64,000 bases of DNA, taken from contig OZ037766.1 of assembly GCA_964035545.1 (NCBI GenBank), forward strand, positions 19,146,767 through 19,210,766. Reading direction: 5' to 3'. Below the pieces are notes generated by a model. It saw nothing but the letters and a program-made list of their open reading frames with translations, ran no database searches and had not been told where the DNA came from. This stretch comes from Bugula neritina. Lineage: Eukaryota; Animalia; Bryozoa. Positions 47,996 to 64,000 of the stretch are shown here, one piece after another. How positions within the stretch are numbered: the first letter of the stretch is position 1; each line of letters starts with the position of its first letter. Both the position numbers and the translations under genes were made by a program.

Positions 47996-49049
47996 GATGT
48001 TCTAATACTTTCCCATCGTCTTCATATAGTAGCTAGTGATCCCACCGCTGCCACCACTGTAGTAATTCGTGCAATTACTGTGCGTGAATTCCTAGCTTGT
48101 AATTATAGTTTATGTATCCACATCAATAAAGGGCTTTCAATAAGATTAGACGAGATTTATTTACTACTATATACAAATAAAGAGATATAAAAGCACACGG
48201 ATTAAAACACTACATCTTTATTATTCTAGTACGCTCTCTCTACTACTTTATAAATCGCTGAGGGTTATCACATGACGCGCTTCTTATTGGCTAGGGAGAC
48301 TTGTGGACGCGCGTATCACGTACTCACTACATCGCGAACAATTTTCGTTTTATTTTTAGACAGTTGTGACCATTGAAATCATTTTTAAACTATTATTCAG
48401 TGAATAATGAACATTTCACAATTGTTTAAACAAAAAAAACATAAATAAATAATGACAAAATTGAAATAATTATAACGAAAATAGAACTTATCAAGAGTTA
48501 TCTTTCCTCATCAAAAATTTAATTTTCACCTAATTTTACTGTTATAGTTATGATCATAGACATGTTAACTTATGAAACATATAATTTAAACTATTAAAAA
48601 CACTTTGAGCAATATTAACAAACAAAAATGTCTAGAAAATGTGAAAATAAAACTAAAAATTTTCGCGACACCCATTTTAGTAAGAACACCCACGAATGAC
48701 TAAAATGGGTGTCACAGTGATTATTGCTTTTTTTAGCTTTTTGGCAATTCTTGTTGCTAAATTGGTTGTTGATCAAAACTTTAGAAAAACTCTAATATAT
48801 AATAACTGTTTCACCCCAAATGACAGTAGTATTAAATAATAATTTACAATAATAATAAAATATAATAAAAACCAAAACTATCAGTGACACCCCCTAGAGT
48901 TATCTTCCCTGAGTTCTTAGTTTTGTTTTTATGATTTTTCCCTAATATTTGTAAGTATTAAAAATTTTAATAATTTTGATTAGTAAAAGCAAGTAAAAGT
49001 TTCAACATGACATAATTTATAGTATCCAAAACCGCCCAAAAAGCTCAAA

Positions 49050-49267
49050 ATAAAGGTGTATTCTCATACCATGGTTGATTCCATAAGACAGAAGTGCTCT
49101 TAATGAGGAGCGATGAACAACAGGGGAAAATGTTTCATCATAATCAATACCTGGTTTATGAAAGTAGCCTTGAGCCACTAATCTTGCCTTATATCGATGA
49201 ATGGTTCCATCAGGTTTACATTTGGTTTTGAACACCCACTTACTACCGATAGCTTTACGCCCAGGAG
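49050..49267 (-). mobile_element. Ty1/Copia RT fragment (left flank of element C)
   Basis: PGRKAIGSKWVFKTK...RYKARLVAQGY..PGIDYDETFSPV. Confidence 0.9.
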
Positions 49268-49602
49268 TGTAATGGGGCGTGGAAAACACGTCCCACGTGC
49301 CCTCGACCAATCAAACACTCATTAGTATTCCGGCTGTGTTAAGCCACGCAGAACGAGACTGGCATATTCATATAGTGACTAGCAGTGATGTAAAACAGTA
49401 GTAAACAGTGATACACCATATATTTTCCTCATGTTATATTTGCTACAATAAAGATCCTAATAGATAGTACTCTTGTGAATTGTCGTTGACATAATACACT
49501 AGTTGGACTCACTAGAAAAACCCACGTAACTATTGTGCGTCGCACAACAGTGGTGGCAGTGGTGGGATGCATTCTAGTTGAGACAATGAAAAGACGAGAA
49601 AC

Positions 49603-52600
49603 ATGACAGAACATACAACACAACACCCGGAAGGTGAGCCAGCCAATTTCTTGCATATGGAAGAGGTGTATAGAGATAAACTGACCGCTCCCATTTTCAC
49701 GGGTGTAGAGGATGTGGAGCAATTCATCGAAGAATTCCACGGAATAGTAGATGTCGCTCAGTGGCCGCCTCGAGTAGCCCTCGTCAAACTGCGAGAGGTA
49801 TTGACGGAGCGAGCTAGACCGTTCGGACAGGGACGGAGCATAGCGGAGATATTCACTACACTGCAGAGCCATTTTGGCACCTCCGCTCTGGAAGCTAGAG
49901 CCTATCTACAAGTGCTACGCCAAGAGGAAGACACACCACTCCACGACCACATTACCCTAGTGAAGAGACTGGCACGGAGCGCGTACAGCGACCTGCCAAA
50001 AACACACCGACAAAACTTTACCCTTATTGACTTTATGCAGTCTCTAAATGATGTGGGCCTCTACCATCAACTACAGGCGAAAGGATGACCACCCTGGAAA
50101 GTGCCTTGCAAGTCGGAGAAGACTATCTCCGGGCCAAACAGCTGTATATGTAGAAAACCGAAGGTACGCGAGTCACTGCGGAGGCTACCCAGCCACTCGG
50201 AAGCGAGATGGGCCGGCTGAGCACCAAGCTGAAACAGATGGCAAAGACCCTCACCAATGCCGAGCCCCCCAACCGAAGACCCAGGAGAGAGACCTCGAAG
50301 GTGGCTGCCCTGTGTGACAAAGGCAACAGGCCGGGACATCTCCGCTCGAGGTGCCCCCGATTCAAAGGAAGGCCCCGCGGGCCGGAAAAGGAGCAACCAC
50401 GGGCCGGACGCCGCCCGGTTTCTAAGCGGACTCCGCAGGACACCCTCCGTGAGTGGCAGATACCACGACGGACCAGTCGACCCAATGGGCAACGGGAACC
50501 GTTCATATTACCAATCACCAACCGCTGCAGCCAGCTACCAGAGACGGAGCTGGCTGGCGAGGTCCACCTGGACATCGGAGGGGAACCAAACACCTCTCCG
50601 CCTAAGAAGCGACACAAACAAATCACCAAACGGAAACCACGCCATTTGACCGAGACTACGCATGCTGGGGAAGTAAGGGTGCAACCACATGGAGAGAGCT
50701 ACTTCCTACCCGGGAAGGTAGCAGGCAAAGCTGTCGCGTTCTTGCTAGACTCCGGTTGCAACACAAATCTCCTCAGTAGACGAGTCTTCGATGCCCTCCT
50801 TCCCAAAGCGAGGAGGGAATTAGCTCCCTACACCGGGGAACCTGGCACCCTTGCAGGCGGGTCGCGTATCCCCTTCTACGGTGTTATGGAGCTGCCTGGC
50901 CGCGTTCGCGAGCAGGCCATCCAGAAAACATTTATCCTCAGCCAGCTGGAAGAAGATGCCATCCTGGGGACGCCGTTCTTAAAACGACACCAATGCCATA
51001 TGGACTTCCATAAGTCCGCCGTGCTAATGGCCGGCAAGGAGCTTTTCTGTGTCGATAAGTTTGGCCGTCCCCTGGTCGGGGGCGTGCAGGTGGTACGTCA
51101 CTTTACGGTACCAGGCCGCTCCCGGGCGACCATTCACTGCAGAGTGAATGACTGTCAACTCTCTGGACTAGGGTTCGTTGAAGGAACGCACACGAGAATC
51201 CAACTCGCCAGCAGCTTGAACCGGCTGACTGATCGAGGGGAAATCTTGGTGCAGTGCGTCAACCCCTTTTCAGAGTCGGTAACACTACCGTCCGGATCCC
51301 TACTAGGCCGTTTCCACATGGTCCAGGAAGGAGATATAGGGCTGTCGCTGGGCGAGGCGACGGAGGGTCCCCAAGAGCGCCCGTCTGTACGGCGGGGGAC
51401 CGTCCCAGAACACGTCCAAGAACTGTACCAGTCGGCCTGCGAAGGCTGCGCGGGCAACAAGGAGCGCCAAGCTATGGCCCAGTTGCTACGCGAGTATGGG
51501 AACGTGTTTAGCAGCGGAGACCATGACGTAGGCCTGACTAGAGCCGTCCGTCATGAAATACCACTAGCTGCCGGGACTACCCCTATCCGTCAACCCACGA
51601 GAAGGCTGGGGCCAGAGAAAGAGAAGGAGGTCAGCCGACAAGTCCGGGATCTTCTGGACCGCGGCCTCATAGAGCCTGCACATAGTGTGTGGAGCTCGCC
51701 GGTCGTTTTGGTCTGGAAGAAAGACGGCAGTTGGCGGTTTTGTGTGGATTACCGCAAACTTAATAACGTAACCATACAGGACGCCTACCCTCTACCTCAG
51801 ATTGACGAGTCTTTGGACGCCTTAGCCGGCAGCAAGTACTTCAGTACGTTAGACTTGCTGAGCGGCTACTGGCAAGTCCCCCTCAGCCCCGACGCCCAGG
51901 AGAAAGCGGCGTTCATCACCAGAGACGGGCTGTGGAAGTGGAAGGTACTGCCCTTCGGGTTAATTTCCGCTCCCGCCACTTTCCAGCGGCTCATGGAACA
52001 AGTTCTCAGCGGACTCCACTGGAAGACACTGCTAGTCTACCTCGATGATGTCATCGTAATCTCTCCAGACTTTCCGACCCATGTCAGCCGTCTGCGGGAG
52101 GTCTTCGAGCGACTCAGAGGTGCCGGTCTCAAGCTCAAACCTTCCAGAAGCGCTCTCTTGCAGCCGGAAGTGAAATACCTGAAGCACGTCGTCGGCCGTA
52201 ATGGCGTGGCGACGGACCCCGACAAGGTACGGGCTGTGGCAGACTGGGTCACCCCCCAGGATTTGACCAGACTCCGGGCCTTCCTGGGGCTGGTAGGGTA
52301 TTACCGGCAATACATACCAGACTTTGCGGGGGTAGCGCAGCCGTTAAATCGGCTCACCGCAAAGGGGGTGACCTGGCAGTGGACTTCCGTCGAACAGAGA
52401 GCGTTCGACTGCCTCAAGGGCCGCCTACTAGAGGCTCCCATCCTAGCCTACCCAGACCCTGCCCTGGAGTATATCCTAGATACCAACGCCAGTGACCAAA
52501 ACGTCGACGCTGTGCTGTCCCAGGTGCAGGCGGGCCGCGAAGTAGTCGTGGCCTATTACAGTAAGTCTCTCTCATCCACCGAATGAAATTACTGCACTAC

Positions 52601-55238
52601 CCGAAAGGAACTGCTGGCGGTTATCAAGTCGGTGAAGCACTTTAGACCTTATCTATACGGCAGGAAGTTCCGCTTGCGGACCGACCACGCCTCCTTGATT
52701 TGGTTGTGCAAGAGAGCAGAACCGTCCAGCCAAGTCGCCAGGTGGCTCGAGGTCCTGGCCGAGTTCTCTTACCGGATCGAACACCGGCCCGGTAAGAAGC
52801 ACGGCAATGCTGACGGACTGAGCCGGCGGCCGGACGAGGGGTGTAAACAGTGCCTCAACATCGAGAAGAGGGACGGGGGTCCCCCAAAATTTGAGTTGAG
52901 AGCTGTTATAATGGTATGCTCGATGGTGTGTGACAGGGTGGTGTTGACTTGTAATGTTTTACATGTTGATTTATTTGGTACAACTACTATGAATATAAAA
53001 TGATAATAACACTTTGGAATCTAGCAACTAACTGTTTAGCAATAACTACACAAGCATTATATATAGATGCTGACTATGACAATAACAAGGAAATGCATGA
53101 TTCACATAGAAGTCATATATCTACTAATTATAGCAAATAAGATGTGAAATCTATGTGACATTATAACAAGAGCACTAGACCACCCTGGAAAGGAGTATGA
53201 CTGGGACCAGGGTCAACTCCTACAGAAGGCCGATACGCCTCCGGAGACTATCCAGAGTCTCCGCGCCAATCCTGTCTTGACTGATAACATCAGAGAGCTA
53301 CGAAGACTCCAAGCAGACCTCCCAGGGGTAGTAGCCGACGTGTATCGGGCCAAGAAGGAGGGGCGACGACCCAGCGAAGAACAACTGCGGCAGGGATGCG
53401 CCGAGTTACGGCTGTACTGCCAACGTTGGAACTCCCTGCGGATCGGGCCAGATGGTCTGCTGACCATAACAGTGGCCACCTACAACAACCAGTACGGGAG
53501 AGAGAGGGTGATCTGCCCAGCCGCCATTTGCCGAGAGTTAGTATGGGACACCCACAAACAGGCTCACGCCGGGGTCAAAAGGGTGCTTTCCAAATTACAG
53601 CTCCGGTGGTACTGGCCCGGCATGTGGCATGACGTACAGCTCTGAGTCAAACAGTGCAAAATCTGCCAGGCCAGCAAGCATGGCCATCTCTCTGGAGAAG
53701 CGGGACAGCGTAGGCTATATGCTGGAAGGCCATGGCAAGTGGTAGCCGTTGACCTGGTCAGACCCATGCCTTTCACCCCCAGAGGAAACAGTTGGATACT
53801 AGTATTAACCGACCACTTTACCCGGTGGGCAGACGCTCTGGCTATTCCAGATGCGTCCGCCCCGCGACAGTGGCCAGGGTGCTAGACCAAAATGTATTCT
53901 GCTACCTCGGACTATCCGAGCAGATACATTCCGACCAGGGGACTCAATTCCAGTCTCAACTGTTGAGCAACCTCTGCCGCCTCTGGGGAGTAAACCAAAG
54001 CAGAACCACTCCATACCATCCTCAGGGCAACGGGGTGGTAGAACGCAACAACCGCATGTTGGGCAACGCACTTCGCAGTCTTCTCCTCGGCCGGGGTGAG
54101 GAGGAATGGGATACGGTACTACCGCAAGTCATGCGAGCCTACCGTAGTACACCACATACCAGTACGGGGAAACCCCTAACCTCCCGATGCTTGGTCGAGA
54201 GACACGAGTGCCCGACCACTTCACATACCACATCCCAGAGCAAGACTATACCATCCACGAGTATGCCAGTAAATTGATAGAGGACCTAAGGGCCGCACAC
54301 GAAATACTGTGAGCAAAGCAGTGGCAGGTACGGCAGGAGGACTCTCAGGAACCACCCTTCTATCAAACTGGGAACTGGGTGTGGATGATCAACTACCGTA
54401 GGCGTCGAGGACAAGCGGCTAAGCTCCAGCCTAAGTTCGTGGGACCCTACGTGGTAGTTGAGGCGATGCCCAATCATACGTACAAGTTGGAGCGCTCTGG
54501 ACAGGTCTCTGTCCAGAATGAAGCCCGCTTGAAACCGTATTAGGCTAGCCCAGGAGCAGCAGGAGAAGCCCCCCGTTGTTGGAGCCCAGGAGGCAGACAG
54601 TAACGCGCAAGCGGCAACGGCATGGACCAGAATATGAAGTGGTTGTGCCGCGGGAAGAGGACTTGGTGAGGCAGGAAAGGCCACTCTCATCAACAGAAGT
54701 GCGCCCACCGCCCCCAATACCAAGTCTACCCCCACCACTTCCGGATCCGCGTTTGGAAATGCAAACCCCTCCCCCCGTGGGAGGGGCTCCGTCCGGAGGC
54801 AATGGTGGAGAAGGAAATACCATCACCAACGACGGGCCAGAAACACCACAGGTGGAGCAAAATAGCCCACCAGTGAATACACCGCCCCGACCAACAACTA
54901 CACCACCCTCTCCAGCTAGTACGTCACCTCCCTTGGAACGGGGACAGCGTACTAGACAACCCCCAGCATACCTGAACGACTTCGTATGTGACCGCGTTGG
55001 AAACGGCAGTTACGAAAGTCTAGCTGGGCACCGTACGGAAAGACTGGCAGCAAAACGTGGGAGTTGTGAACACCTTGGGAATATTAACTTTTGCGAAGGC
55101 GGAGTAGTAAGCAAAACTACTACACCCGAGGCAAATAGTTCCAGCTGTGTGCAGCAACCATGCTGCCCAGCCTTTTCATACGCTGACGTTGTCAAGGGCA
55201 GACGTATCCAAACTCAATCCACTGACATCCAAGCTTGA
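49603..55238 (+). pseudogene. gag-pol of element C, fragmented
   Basis: ORF pieces 49603-50088, 50208-52586 (knuckle, PR, RT, RH), 52632-52903, 53277-53645, 53792-54277, 54576-55238. Confidence 0.93.
52904..53168. repeat. Solo-LTR-like insertion in pol of C
   Basis: 265 bp with TGTTATAATG..CATTATAACA termini and 5-bp TSD AGAGC. The site is empty in element B. Confidence 0.88.
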
Positions 55239-55303
55239 ACGCTGAGTATGATTACAAATACCGGGTTCCCAGGTAAGCTTGCTTTGACCTAACATTCCTA
55301 CTC

Positions 55304-56392
55304 ATGGAATCAGGTCTAACATTAGTTAGTTCTGATTTAATTGCCCTGATTGAATCAGAACTACTGGGGACTGAGTCTTACGTGAAAGGTGATGAGAACA
55401 TAACAATGGCGGACGATCTACTAGATCTGGAGCTTGACACTATGTCTCTCAGTCAGTCTACACGCCACGACACAGCCTCTCGAGTGCCGTCTAAAAAGAT
55501 GTATGACTCTCAGACTAGGAACAGTCGGTTGTCATCAGAATTATGGTGTAAAGATCACACTCGATCTAACAATAATTCTGCTCTTTTAGATACCACTCCT
55601 TCTCCTCTCCCCGGTGACATGCCGCCATTGGAAATGGCTTGGAATGAGGAACCTACCCCCGTCACACTGCCAGAAGTACTTCTAACCCAGTCATGCTGGG
55701 TTACCCCAGACAAGGAAGCACCTATTCGAGAATATAAAGGCGATGACCAATGCACCACCTGTCGCTTGTGCCAACTCCATTTCACCACCCCTCGCAGACT
55801 CAGGGCCCACGTCCCCCAACATTATGTCACCACCTTTTGTCCCTGTGGTGAATATAGTTACCACAGGGACTACATCCTCCGTCACCAGCGGACCATGGGA
55901 TGTCATGTTGGACATCTCTACGAAGTCGACAAACCCTCTTTCTCGCACTTCCTTGATCTCATCCGGCCATTCATATCAGACCCGACTCGCTACGAACGGC
56001 TGCGCCAGGAGTTCCCCGCACCCTGTGCCATCACACAAGGACCCTGCTTCAAACCCCCGGGGTTCAAGAAACCACCCATGCCCCGCTCATCACCCACCAC
56101 CCACACAGTGCCACGTCCCGATTCTATACCCAGAGTCGTGCTTCGACGCATCGAAGTGCCCCAACGATGGCGTCCCTCCCCTTCCGTTTCTCCAAGACCC
56201 TCCCATAAACGACGTTGGCTATCTTCGTCTCCCACTCGACACTCTGCCCTCGCCCGGAACCTAAGAGAAGCAGAAGAATGGATACGGGAACTAGAGAAAG
56301 AAGTGCAAAGGTTGGCGCCGAGGACATCTGCCGCCGCCTCCGAACTCCGGGCTCTCTCAGACTCTGTAGCCCAAATGAAAGGAAATGCCTGA
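55304..56392 (+). CDS. ORF3 of element C (intact frame)
   Basis: 362 aa, nearly identical to B ORF3 and clearly homologous to A ORF3. Confidence 0.88.
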   Translation: MESGLTLVSSDLIALIESELLGTESYVKGDENITMADDLLDLELDTMSLSQSTRHDTASRVPSKKMYDSQTRNSRLSSELWCKDHTRSNNNSALLDTTPSPLPGDMPPLEMAWNEEPTPVTLPEVLLTQSCWVTPDKEAPIREYKGDDQCTTCRLCQLHFTTPRRLRAHVPQHYVTTFCPCGEYSYHRDYILRHQRTMGCHVGHLYEVDKPSFSHFLDLIRPFISDPTRYERLRQEFPAPCAITQGPCFKPPGFKKPPMPRSSPTTHTVPRPDSIPRVVLRRIEVPQRWRPSPSVSPRPSHKRRWLSSSPTRHSALARNLREAEEWIRELEKEVQRLAPRTSAAASELRALSDSVAQMKGNA

Positions 56393-57025
56393 GACGGAGT
56401 CCCCAAACCTCCTTCCCTACTTGTCTTACCCCCTTTCCCAATTATACCGCAGGTGGTGCCCCATCTACAGCCTCTATATCATGCCCGGTGCCATCAACAA
56501 ATCTTCCAGTATGACAATCTGGTAGCAATCTACAAGTGTACGTTTTCTAGTCATGTGGGCCGTCGGCCTTTAAGTGCCTCTCCCTTCAGTGTCATAGTAT
56601 TGTGTTTATACTGTTATATTTTTACTGTATATATTTGTATTTTTCTTTTATGTACCGCACGCTCTCTCTCTGTTTTATATTTTTTTGTATTTTTATTAGT
56701 ATTAATTGTATCTGTGTTATCAGAAAGGTGGGCTTCCTGCTGGGGTGGGCGGTGTAGTGAGTATGTAATACGCGCGTCCTCAAGTCCCCTAGCCAATAAG
56801 AAGTGCGTCATGTGATAACCCCCAGCGATGTATAAAGTAGTAGAGAGAGCGTACTAGAATAATAAAGATGTAGTGTTTTAATCCGTGTGCTTTTTTATAT
56901 CTTTTATTATATATAGTTATAAATAAATCTCTTCTAATCTTCTCACAAGCCCTATATTGATGTAGATACGCAAACCATAATTACAAGCTAGGAACTCACG
57001 CACAGTAATTGCAAGAATTACTACA

Positions 57026-58665
57026 ATATTCCCTTCCTCCATCGGTCCACAGCGTTTTCATAGTTTGGCCAGTTTGGTTGGTTACTAAAGCATGAAAATC
57101 CTTAAAAGCATTAAACACATCAGATTTCTCATTAACAAAATATACATAAGAAAACCTACTGTAATCATCGATAAAGCTCACAAAATATTTACTGCCACTG
57201 ATAGATGCATTTTGCATAGGGTCACATACATCACTGTGAATTAGGCCTAATGGTATAGTAAGTGTGATAGCATCTTTAGTTTTAAAAATTTTTCAAGCTA
57301 TTTTTTCTTTTATACAAGAATCACACAATCCTACACTCACATTGGATAAGTCAGTGCCAGTGACTAGCTTCTCATTGACCATCCTTTTGATTGTGCTGTG
57401 ATTGATGTGCGCAAGTCTCTTGTGCCAGATTGTGCTACATGATGCTAGATTTGCTTTGTGATCTGATGTAGTTAGATCTAGGAAGTAGAGTTTATTAACA
57501 AAATATGTTCCCATAGCCTGCACTTGGTTTTGCTTGTTTTTCACCCAACACCTCCAGTGGCCAAACTGTACAATCATACCTTTACTTGCTGCAGATTGTA
57601 CTGAAAACAAGTTTTGTATAAGTCAGGTACATGAAGCACATCATATAGTGTAGCTTTTCTTTGTACATGTCGACTGGCTCTGATATCTTGAGAGTACCAG
57701 AGCCAATGACATCAACTACTCAACCATCAGCTATTGTGACTTTTTTTGGTTGGTTGAACTTAGTATATGTGACAAAGGTATCAGCAAGTGGAGTCATGTG
57801 ATGAGTTGCCCCACTGTCTATCAGCCATTCATGATTGTTTATGTCATACAGAGCTTCTTCCACTTCAAAAGCACACTCTTCAGCTTGTGTTTCTGACTGA
57901 GACATTCCCTGTCTAGATTCACCTGCAAACCTGGCTCCATGTTGCTGCCAACTACCACGATTTCTGCTATTGTTAGTTGCATTGAATTTACCTTTAAATC
58001 CTGTGAGGCAATGTCTAGCCAGATGCTATGGCGAATCACAATTATAACATCTTCTTTCAAGGTGTTGCACATTTTTATTTGGCTTATGCCTATGATGACT
58101 ATCAGCATGCAGAGCAGCATCAGTGTTTTCTAATGCTTTCCCACTGCAGTTTATACTTGCACTATTCAGAGCTTGTTGCACCTTCTTCTTTTGCTCTTCA
58201 TTAAGCAATGCATTCTGAACAAATTCTAATGTTAGTGTATCTTGCATCTGAGCTTCTAGTGCAGTTACCACGGTTTGATATTCACTTGGCATTCTGCCTA
58301 GAAAAGTAACCACTTGATCCTCTTTACTTACTGGAGCTTTGATTGCTGTTAGTTTGTTAACAATGTCTTTCATATATTTGAGGTGGTTTTCTACAGAATC
58401 ACTACTTTTCATAACAGCTCTGAAATACTGCTTTTTTAAGTATATTATTCTGTTAGCCAAAGTGCCTCGGTCAAAATGTGATTGTAATTTTTCCCATGCT
58501 TGATAGGCAGTCTCACATTCCGTTATTAGGTAAATGAAATCATCACTTACGCTAAGGACAACTTGGCTGAGAGCTTTCTGAGCATTCAGTTTGAATGCTT
58601 TTTTAGCTGTTTCGCCTGTAGTAGACTCCTGCATACTGCCATCGAAATTTCCAAATAGCTCCTTA
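57026..58665 (-). mobile_element. Decayed Ty1/Copia element: gag, protease, GAG-pre-integrase, integrase N-terminal half
   Basis: ORFs 58026-58634 (gag, CYNC), 57720-57905 (WLIDSGATHHM), 57293-57610 (WHKRLAH..CDSC), 56996-57217 (FIDDYSR..TDGGREY). Confidence 0.92.
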
Positions 58666-59575
58666 GCACAATGGGCCGATAATAGACAACAGATGCAGCA
58701 TTTAGACTAGAAATTATTGAACTAATAACTTGAAAAACAGACAAATGAGAGTAAAAAACTCAAAAATCCCATTGTGCCCCCCCTTCTCACCTCCACAATT
58801 TAACTATTTGTAAAGTTTTCCTTCATATTTGTTGATCTTTTTTACGGTGTTCGCATCTGATGATTAAATGCCAAACTGCTTGCACAGTCTTTAATAAGCT
58901 ATTTTTTATAAGCTTTTAAAACAAAACTAATTGGTAATACACGCATAGCTTTAGTTTTATTCAAATATTATGAATTGAAATTGAAATCTTTTAAAAATAT
59001 TTGGCATTTTTAAAAGTTGTTGATTTCCAGCTGGAGCTATTTATTATTTATGAATTCCTATTTTAAGCAGAAATATAGAAACTTGCCTGCACTCCTTTTA
59101 CGTAGCTAATTGTGCCAGGTTTTGAACAAATAATTTAATATTTTATAATTTATTATCTTACGGTATTAAAGATTAATAGGTATATATTATCACAAGTGAA
59201 ACCAATAGGTATCTCAAGAAACATAATATCAGCTAGTTTTGAAAGTTAATTATGGCAGAAACTAAATATTTTTACAATTTATAAAAACAAGAGCTTTTAC
59301 AATTTAAATATATTTTATCACTAAATATAATTGCAACCATTTGACCTCCAAGACAAAATATTCTATTTTGATGTGATACTTGAAACACGTTATTTCTTTG
59401 GTTGAGTTTGCTAAAAAATTATTTACACTATTTACAAATTTATGAAATGAAACAAGAGCTAATACTTTATTAGCTTGTAAAGCAGAGATATGTCAATTAA
59501 TTTTGCAGCTGCCAATATATTAGACAATTAGTAAAGGGTAGAAAACTCTGTGGTTTTCTAAATGGGACATTTTTT

Positions 59576-63825
<4,250 letters not shown>

Positions 63826-64000
63826 CTATATAGTGAGATATCAGACCATGCATTTTAAACTTATTTCTTTACAAATTAAAATAACTGATTTTCCTGGATA
63901 TTTCAAAGTTTATTAATTGCTAAACACTTCTTTTGTTCATATACATTCATACCTAGAATAAATGTTAAGTTTTTAAAGACCTGTAATATTAATCACAAAA

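Larger units (their letters stand above)
41104..48331 (-). mobile_element. Element B: full-length but decayed Ty3/Gypsy element with ORF3
   Basis: LTRs 48058-48331 (5') and 41104-41376 (3') with 5 differences seen. TSD TCGC (41100-41103 / 48332-48335). Perfect tRNA-Leu PBS 48039-48056. PPT 41377-41388. Confidence 0.97.
41013..48720. mobile_element. Second, partial copy of the Mutator/Foldback-like element, split by element B
   Basis: 41013-41103 and 48336-48720 are colinear with the arms of 25942-27286. Confidence 0.75.
49268..57025 (+). mobile_element. Element C: chimeric decayed Ty3/Gypsy element with ORF3
   Basis: 5' LTR 49268-49549 (TG..CA) with Leu PBS 49551-49568. 3' LTR 56753-57025 is of the element-B type and unrelated to the 5' LTR. 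Flanks GGAG/ATAT do not match. Confidence 0.92.

Noticed and set aside
50151-50153. TAG in C gag as a programmed read-through site
   Set aside because: C has many other lesions and A and B have no stop at this position, so it is more likely decay.
55236-55238. TGA shared by B and C at the end of pol as recoding into ORF3
   Set aside because: ORF3 is in a different frame. A simple CGA>TGA change in the shared ancestor explains it.
55743-56264. Overlapping 173-183 aa ORF within ORF3 of C and B
   Set aside because: B and C are nearly identical here and no equivalent ORF is listed for A, so there is no independent conservation.

Overview
AT-rich invertebrate (metazoan) genomic DNA, mostly transposon-derived, with two spliced host genes: a KLHDC10-like kelch gene (+, 9 exons found, 25606-39383) and the kinase exons of an ALK1/2 (ACVR1/saxophone-like) TGF-beta type I receptor (-, 59576-63825, continuing out of the window). 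The main finding is a family of tRNA-Leu-primed Ty3/Gypsy LTR retrotransposons in three full-length copies: A (4356-11798, intact, LTRs identical by eye), B (41104-48331, minus, decayed) and C (49268-57025, chimeric). Each carries, where env would sit, a ~355-aa ORF3 that is not an envelope. ORF3 has an acidic N-terminus, C2H2+C2HC zinc fingers, a conserved PxVxL (HP1-box-like) motif, a basic NLS-like patch and a C-terminal coiled coil, so it is a candidate element-encoded chromatin or transcription regulator. ORF3 is bracketed by a conserved splice donor and a candidate acceptor lying in a covarying hairpin beside the PPT. Other contents are a -1 frameshift signal in A, a Penelope-like element with a hammerhead ribozyme, LINE, SINE, Copia, hAT, MULE and Harbinger remnants, and (TA)n tracts. 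All comparisons were made by eye and no database searches were run.
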